Assembly: GCA_964016885.1 (NCBI GenBank)
Contig: OZ024743.1
Span: 111,476,001-111,540,000 of the forward strand
Length of the DNA: 64,000 nucleotides
Direction: 5' to 3'
From: Eledone cirrhosa
Lineage: Eukaryota
The position numbers and the translations under genes are program-made. Of this stretch, positions 57,257 through 64,000 are shown piece after piece (position 1 is the stretch's first letter; each line of letters opens with the position of its first letter). The notes beneath the pieces are model-generated. The model worked only from the letters and a program-made list of their open reading frames with translations. It did not search any database and was not told the DNA's origin.

Positions 57257-58728
57257 ATATATATATATAAGTGTGTGTGTGTGTGTGCGTGTTTGTGTAT
57301 GTATGTATGTCCAAAGGCTTTAGTAAATGCGAAAAATACTGATGACAGCACAATTGTAGAACAATTGTAACTGGGTTAAGCAGTAAATCTCATATGGAAC
57401 ACCTCCACCTTGTTCTAAATTGTATATATATATATATATATATACTTGATGTAAGGCCGTGTGTATATGTTATAAACATAAATATTATGCCTTGTTTATA
57501 GCTGCACTTACTCGCAGTTTTCAGTCTATTAGAAATAGTTCCTATTAGAATCCATTTAAATGCCGTCTTTCTTTTTTATGTCTATCCATTTTGTTGTTGT
57601 AGTCATTCTTGTAGTTTATGTGATAAAACGCTTACTTTGTATTTTCGTGAGCCCTTTTTTTTTATTACTATTTGTTTCAGTTTTATGTCGGTGTGGAATA
57701 TAGAGGTTATTCAAATCTAAATTATCTACATTAGAAATACATAGCTTATAATATATACATGTTTGTAAAAGTGCACCCAGATTGATATCAACGCATCTTC
57801 AAGTTTAATATATTCAGCGCATTGATATATAAATATTGCTCGTATACATTTTAACACCCTTCTATTTATGACTGTTTATATATTTCTACGTTTTCTGCAT
57901 TGTAAATCTTATGAATATTCCCTTGAATCTAATTCCCAAGCCCACGCTATTACTACAACATCCAGCTTACAGCAACATCCACGACACCATTATTATCTGA
58001 ACGATTCAGACATCAAATATAATATTACTTTCTCATTCACTACCAGCAAACATTATTGCTGATACGTCAGTTGAGGGGAAACTCTGACAAGCAGAAACAC
58101 ATTTAATTCGGTTGTTCGTATAAAACCCATAGATATTCAAGACATGGCTTCGTCTTGTATATAAACTAGCATAAGATTTCGTTATGATTTTAATCCATGT
58201 ATTCGCATTGCTTGTTTATTCTGCGCAACTAGAATAATAGTGTTTAGATTGAAAATAAGAAACCCAGTAGAGAAACCTGGATTGCTAAAGCTAATAAATT
58301 CATGGGGCGAATATCTTCAGGAACGGATGTTTTTAACTTGGATGGACGGTCATTTAAAATTTATTTTCAGTATATATATTTCTTTGTCTTTCTTGTTGAA
58401 TATAGCAGAAGAGGAAATAATACAAAGCCATGACATTTGCGACTATTTGCCTTTATCTGACAAGGAGAATATATGTTATGTTAGTTTATTCTATCTTTAT
58501 TCCAACTTTCAGAAAGTATATTCCTCTGTGAATGTTTGGTGTAGATTACTATCGTACAAGTTTCTCTAAATCTGTTTCCATGTATGCTTGTATGTATGAA
58601 TGTATTTGCAATTGAGGCTATTCAAAAAGTTTACTATCTTGCAACGGTCGTGTGTGTATATATATATTTATTAATATATATATATATATATTTGTGTGTG
58701 TGTGTGAGTGTGTGTGCGTGCATGTATG

Positions 58729-58787
<59 letters not shown>

Positions 58788-58888
58788 TTGTGTGCGAGCA
58801 CGCGCGCATGAGTGTGTGTGTATTTGCGTGTGTGTGCGTGGATGTGTTTGCTGGTACCTATGTGTGTACCTATGTATATATATATATA

Positions 58889-59290
58889 GATGACCCCTTA
58901 GCCTTTGTCAAGGCAGAATTCTAGGAGAAGGAAAACTCTGATATAACACCTGCAACCCTGATGGTATCCAATGATGTTGACCGTTCTTCTTTTTGGTAAA
59001 TATCATCTTGGTTAAGAGAGTGGGACTGGCTTTGTGCAGTGCCTTTGCTCACTATAAAAGCTTCACAGCACAGGCATTGCTTTATATCTGGAGATCTCTC
59101 TGCACTTGTCATCGCATGGTACCATGGGCCCTGCACTATGTGTCAATAATGGTCACAAGTGTAGTCTTTGTACCAGAGTTTTCAAGTCGCTGGCTGGACT
59201 AAAGTCACATTCGTTCAGCGCATCGGTAGGGGTTCTCCTACATGGATATAAAGTAGTGGCCGTACTCGAAAACGAGTTGGCAGCCACCAT
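58889..59290 (+). mobile_element. 5'-truncated copy of the bipartite RTE derivative
   Basis: Reverse complement of ~9412-9812; [19 protein letters not shown] finger. Confidence 0.85.
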
Positions 59291-59465
59291 ATATATATGT
59301 ATATACGTATGTATATACGTATGTATATATGTACGTTTGTAAGTACGTACGCATGTAATTATGTGTATATATAATTATATACCTAGTGTTAAAATGCTTA
59401 TGTAAGCGAGAGTATATATATATGTGAATTTCTGTTTTTTCCGTGTTATTATTCTTTGTTTTCAG

Positions 59466-59566
59466 ATTATATCGCCAGAGAGCAGAAGGAAACATAACAA
59501 ATAATCTTAGCCGTTGATTATTAACACTACAGAAGCAAAATGGATTTAAACAAACCAAGGCTACAG
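59466..59566 (+). other. candidate host exon (5' UTR plus start MDLNKPRLQ)
   Basis: TTCTTTGTTTTCAG| acceptor, CAG|GTGCGT donor, CAAAATGG start context at 59540. Confidence 0.25.
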
Positions 59567-59618
59567 GTGCGTTCATCGTAACGCATGCACTCGTTGACAC
59601 CAACACCATCATCATCAT

Positions 59619-59681
<63 letters not shown>

Positions 59682-59756
59682 GTGTGTGTGTGTGTGTTTA
59701 TCCCGGGTTCAATCGGGGGTAACCACAGGAAGTAAGGTTCTCAATACATAGCAGAG

Positions 59757-59794
<38 letters not shown>

Positions 59795-59831
59795 TACAAG
59801 TGTATACATATATATATGAATTCAATTTTTT

Positions 59832-60236
59832 CGAATATTAATAATAACATTCGATTCATTTGCAATTATGCAAACAAGACTCATTCTTAAAGCCATGTTA
59901 GTAGAATGAGCCCCTCATTCTTGCTCTTGTGTTGGCATGTAAACAGAACTGCAGACATTAATGTTTCTGGGCATTAACCTTCATTAGTACAATCCACTGT
60001 TCACCTGTCAACTGTCAGAACTAGCGAAAATACATGAATTTCCTTCAACATACAGTGACTGATCAGCTTCATTTGCATATTAGTAGACTGGGTGATGAAA
60101 CAAATCTTCATATTAGCAGATCCACTGACCAGCCAAATTTGCATATCAGGAGACTGCCCAGTCAGTTTCCTGTATACGAGAGATCAATGGCTTTGCCGTA
60201 TGACTGAATACAATAAATGTATTGTATATGTTATAT

Positions 60237-60282
<46 letters not shown>

Positions 60283-60590
60283 AAATTGTTCAAGACCCCG
60301 ACGGCATACAATAAATGTAATCTTAGTTTATCGAATATTAAAAATAATATTCGATTCGTTTGCAATTATGCAAACAAGCCTTATTTTAAAAGCCATGTCA
60401 GTAGAATGAGCCCCACATTCTTGCCCTTGTGTTGGCATGTAAACAGAACTGCAGACACTAAAGTTTCTGGGTATTACCTTTCATCAGTACAGTTCACTGT
60501 TCACCTGCCAACTGTCAGAGCTAGTGAAAATATATGCTATTTTCTAAAAAACAGAGTGACTGATCAACCTGATTTGTATTTATTGTATTC
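59832..60590 (-). mobile_element. tandem pair (period 500) of octamer-promoter hammerhead elements, copies 4 and 5
   Basis: Octamer 60071-60078 (1-mismatch version 60572-60579, extra one 60137-60144); HHRs 59946-59993 (core CTAATGA) and 60446-60495. Confidence 0.8.
60446..60495 (-). ncRNA. type I hammerhead
   Basis: GAACTGTA-CTGATGA-AAGGT/AAT/ACCCA-GAAA-CTTTAGTG-TC-TGCAGTTC; sister copy has palindromic CATTAATG. Confidence 0.8.
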
Positions 60591-60644
60591 AGCCATGTAG
60601 AGCGAAAAAAATGTTATTATTATTATTATATGTATAGATAGACT

Positions 60645-60800
60645 GACGCCATACTTTGACGCATAGACTTACGGTCCTTGCCATTCTGAGTTCAAATCCC
60701 GCAAGGTTAACTTTGCCTATCATGCTTACGGGGTCGATAAAATAAAGTACCAGTAATTACTGGAGTAATAGCTTGCCTTGTGCCAAAAGTAGAAACACAT
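60645..60800 (+). mobile_element. tRNA-derived SINE, 5'-truncated
   Basis: TTCTGAGTTCAAATCCC, GGGGTCGATAAAATAAAGTACCAG. Confidence 0.85.
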
Positions 60801-60811
60801 ATTATTATATG

Positions 60812-61044
<233 letters not shown>

Positions 61045-61089
61045 ATATAAATATATATATATATTTATATATATATATATATATATATC

Positions 61090-61773
61090 GTTATACTTGG
61101 GGAGGGTCATATTTGCGTAATATTGCCAGAATTAATAACAGAACACACTCACTGTTTGGTTGGTTTTCGCTTCTCGCTGTCTTTTATATCTGCGATGTAA
61201 CTTACTCGGTCCTCAATGTTGCCATTGACTGACCGACGGTCAAAAATAATACAGATACAATATAGACACAAATACATATATATAATTTACATAATTTACA
61301 TAAATCTTTCGTTGCACATCTGCAACATCGTCAGTGGTGTTATATTTTTTCCTCCTGTTGTGTTGTATGTCTACGCCATTTTTTATTCTGTCTGTCTATA
61401 TATTTATTTATTTATTTGCTTGTTTGTTTATTTTATTTTGTCTTCTTTGCGCATGCGTTTGCGTGTGTGTATAGTGTTATGTGTGCTGTGTGACTAGTGT
61501 GTATAGTGTTGTGTCTGCTGGGTGACTAGTGTGTGTTTATGTGCTTGTTGTTATTGTGCTTGTGTATGTATTTATTTATCTTATTTTATTTTATTTTATT
61601 TATTTACTTACTTATACTTCTCTTAGGTCAGTGTTGTTTGTTTGGGTGTTGTTGTTGTTCCACTCATTCTTTCTGTTTAGCTTTCGCGAGAAGCGAAAAC
61701 CAACCAAACAGTGAGTGTGTTCTGTTATTAATTCTGGCAATATTACGCAAATATGACCCTCCCCAAGTATAAC
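61090..61773. mobile_element. non-autonomous TIR element (MITE-like), superfamily unassigned
   Basis: 88-bp apparently perfect inverted repeats 61090-61177 and 61686-61773, non-coding interior. Confidence 0.8.
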
Positions 61774-61870
61774 AATATCTGTTTCGACACACGATTTCAT
61801 ATAAAAAACCTCGCTAAACTATATATATATATATGTATGTATGCATATATATATATACATATATATATAT

Positions 61871-62078
61871 ATAGGAACCAGTAAGACCCCGACGTCTGAG
61901 CTCAAGCCGTTTCGACGGCTAATTCTGGACGCGAATTAAGTCCAGAATTAGCCGTCGAAACGGCTTGAGCTCCGCCGTCGGGGTCTTACTGGTTCCTATT
62001 ACCCACTCTACTACCCTAAGTATTGAGTACTTTGGTGCATTATGGTCCACCTGGTTCTTTACCGCATTTCTTTCGTTA
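61871..62078 (+). mobile_element. fold-back half-hammerhead element, longest copy
   Basis: 60-bp arms around a 9-nt loop; GAAA-CGGC-TTGAGCTCC-GCCG-TC-GGGGTC. Confidence 0.85.
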
Positions 62079-62142
62079 TATATATATATATATATATATC
62101 CATATATATATATATATATGTATATACAGTATATATATATAT

Positions 62143-62266
62143 ATATATCCCAAATTAAAATTAAAGGTCATAATGTCTGAGAGACATGCGCCATATCCAC
62201 TGTAGAATAAGCTCAATGATTCCAATGAATAGATCTGAGGATTACATATCATCTAGAAATAGATTG

Positions 62267-62346
<80 letters not shown>

Positions 62347-62425
62347 AACATATGAAACAATCACAGTGGATATGGCGCATGTCTCTCAGACATGACAACT
62401 CTTAATTTAAAGTTTGGATATATAT
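62143..62425. repeat. inverted-repeat element enclosing a (TA)n tract
   Basis: ATGTCTGAGAGACATGCGCCATATCCACTGT / ACAGTGGATATGGCGCATGTCTCTCAGACAT plus decayed outer arms. Confidence 0.7.
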
Positions 62426-62846
62426 ACGGTCCCTTGATTTTTGAGTTAATTCAGTTGAATAGACTCGGCTCCTATTTCTGGCTGTCGGTGGTCCTATTCA
62501 CGCCACTGGGTTGACGTTGTGCAATGTGTGTATTTTTTTTTAAAATGCAACACGTGGTTCGAATCATTCACAGATTTGCATTTGCTTTGTAAACACAGAT
62601 AGTTATCTTCTTCTCCTTTGGTGAACATCCAAGAATTTGACTTCTGTGTTTTACGGATTAATTGGTGAAATATATTTGTTACTTAAAGAAATATATACAA
62701 ATGAGATTAATCATTTTAAAAGTATCTAGTTAAAATTTAATTAGTTACCTACCTAGTTATGTATGCTTACAATCTTTACAAATTACTCCCTGTGATTGTT
62801 TCATATGTTTATTTTATATATATATATATGTCAATGTATTTCTAGT

Positions 62847-62947
<101 letters not shown>

Positions 62948-62948
62948 T

Positions 62949-64000
62949 TATGTTGAAATCGTAACACACCAGAGAGAGATATACAGTGCGCTATCAATAA
63001 CACGGTGAAAAAACAACCTGTGTAAGGAATCTATAACCTATGAAAGGCAGTGTAGACACACGATAATTAAAAATATTAATTAAAGTGTAAATATATAACT
63101 ATATAACACACGTACAAATCCAAAGAGATCTGATCCACCAGTAAGTTGACAGAAATGAAATAACACATGGTTCATCAGCGTGTGTAAGGCTATACATTTC
63201 AGACAACACTAAGAGAATTTAAAGCGACCGTCCAGCTACACACGTGAGAGAGAAGTCACAGGGTGTTTAGGGGCAGTGAACCAGTGACCTCTGAGGGACG
63301 AGCTGCTACAAAGGGCAGCCACAAACCATTCAGAGAGGTGTGCTCTACCAAACAGAGAGAGAGCAAAGACTGTTATAATGAGCGAAATAACACGATAAAT
63401 TAACGGAGCCATAGACTCTCGCTATTCCCTGTCAATAATGTGCTCAAAGGAGAAGAAATCCTGAGCTCTTTAAAATACAATATGTTGAAAAGGTAACACA
63501 CTAGAGAGAGAGATACAGCGCGCTATCAATAAAACAGAGAAAACCACGAGTGTATGGAATTTATAAACTATGAAAGGCAGAGTAGACACACGATAATTAA
63601 AAATATTAATTAAAGTGTAAATACATACCTCTATAACTATATAACACACGTACAAATCCAAAGAGAACTGTTTCGCCAGTAAGTTGTTGACAGTAATGAA
63701 CCCATGGTTCATCAGCGTTTGTAAGGCTATACATTTCAGACAACACTAAGAGAATTTAAAGCGACCGTCCAGCTACACGTGGGAGAGAGAAATCACGGCG
63801 TGTTTAAGGGCAGTGAACCAGTGGCCTCTGAGGGACGAGCTGCTAGAAAGGGCAGCCCAAAACCACTCAGAGAGGTGTGCTCAACCAAACGGATAAAGAG
63901 GAAATACTGTTATATGGAGCGACATATCACGATAAATTAACGTTCCACATGTAGCTGGACGGTCGCTTTAAATTCTCTTAGTGTAGTCTGAAATGTATAG
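62949..64000 (-). mobile_element. ~532-bp tandem repeat with a hammerhead per unit, followed by an inverted partial copy (runs off window)
   Basis: Units start 62949 and 63481; 63950-64000 is reverse complement of ~63727-63778. Confidence 0.85.
63644..63722 (-). ncRNA. type I hammerhead (decayed paralogue 63106-63185)
   Basis: ACAAACG-CTGATGA-ACCA...TGGC-GAAA-CAG..TTG-TA-CGTGTGT; first unit has perfect stem I ACACACG but GAAA>GGAT. Confidence 0.72.

Noticed and set aside
62230-62270. CTGAGGA...GAAATAGATT inside the inverted repeat
   Set aside because: Stems too weak to distinguish from chance

Overview
AT-rich eukaryotic non-coding DNA, saturated with (TA)n, (CA)n and (TC)n microsatellites. 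The SINE families look like those of octopods (inference from sequence recognition only). Nearly all ORFs in the supplied track are microsatellite artefacts. Real coding remnants are all retrotransposons: Penelope-like elements (PLEs; three Naiad-type RT and/or GIY-YIG fragments plus two more decayed ones), an RTE-type LINE, a decayed R4/Dong LINE and a nearly intact Tx1/L1-clade LINE with one nonsense codon. There are also about 10 tRNA-derived SINEs, hAT-like/MITE remnants and a few weak host-exon candidates. The main signal is invisible to the ORF track: about 20 type-I hammerhead ribozyme (HHR) motifs read by eye, from at least 10 sequence families, mostly in short elements inserted in (TA)n. 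Highlights: (1) a five-copy family with an octamer, PSE-like and TATA-like (snRNA-type) promoter at a fixed 88-92 nt before the HHR core, recalling newt satellite 2; (2) a 700-bp element with direct repeats through a branched-stem-II HHR; (3) a ~532-bp tandem HHR repeat; (4) fold-back elements whose inversion junction falls at or inside the ribozyme; (5) U3-A8 compensatory core variants. Structures were folded manually, coordinates may be off by a few bases, and no activity is demonstrated.
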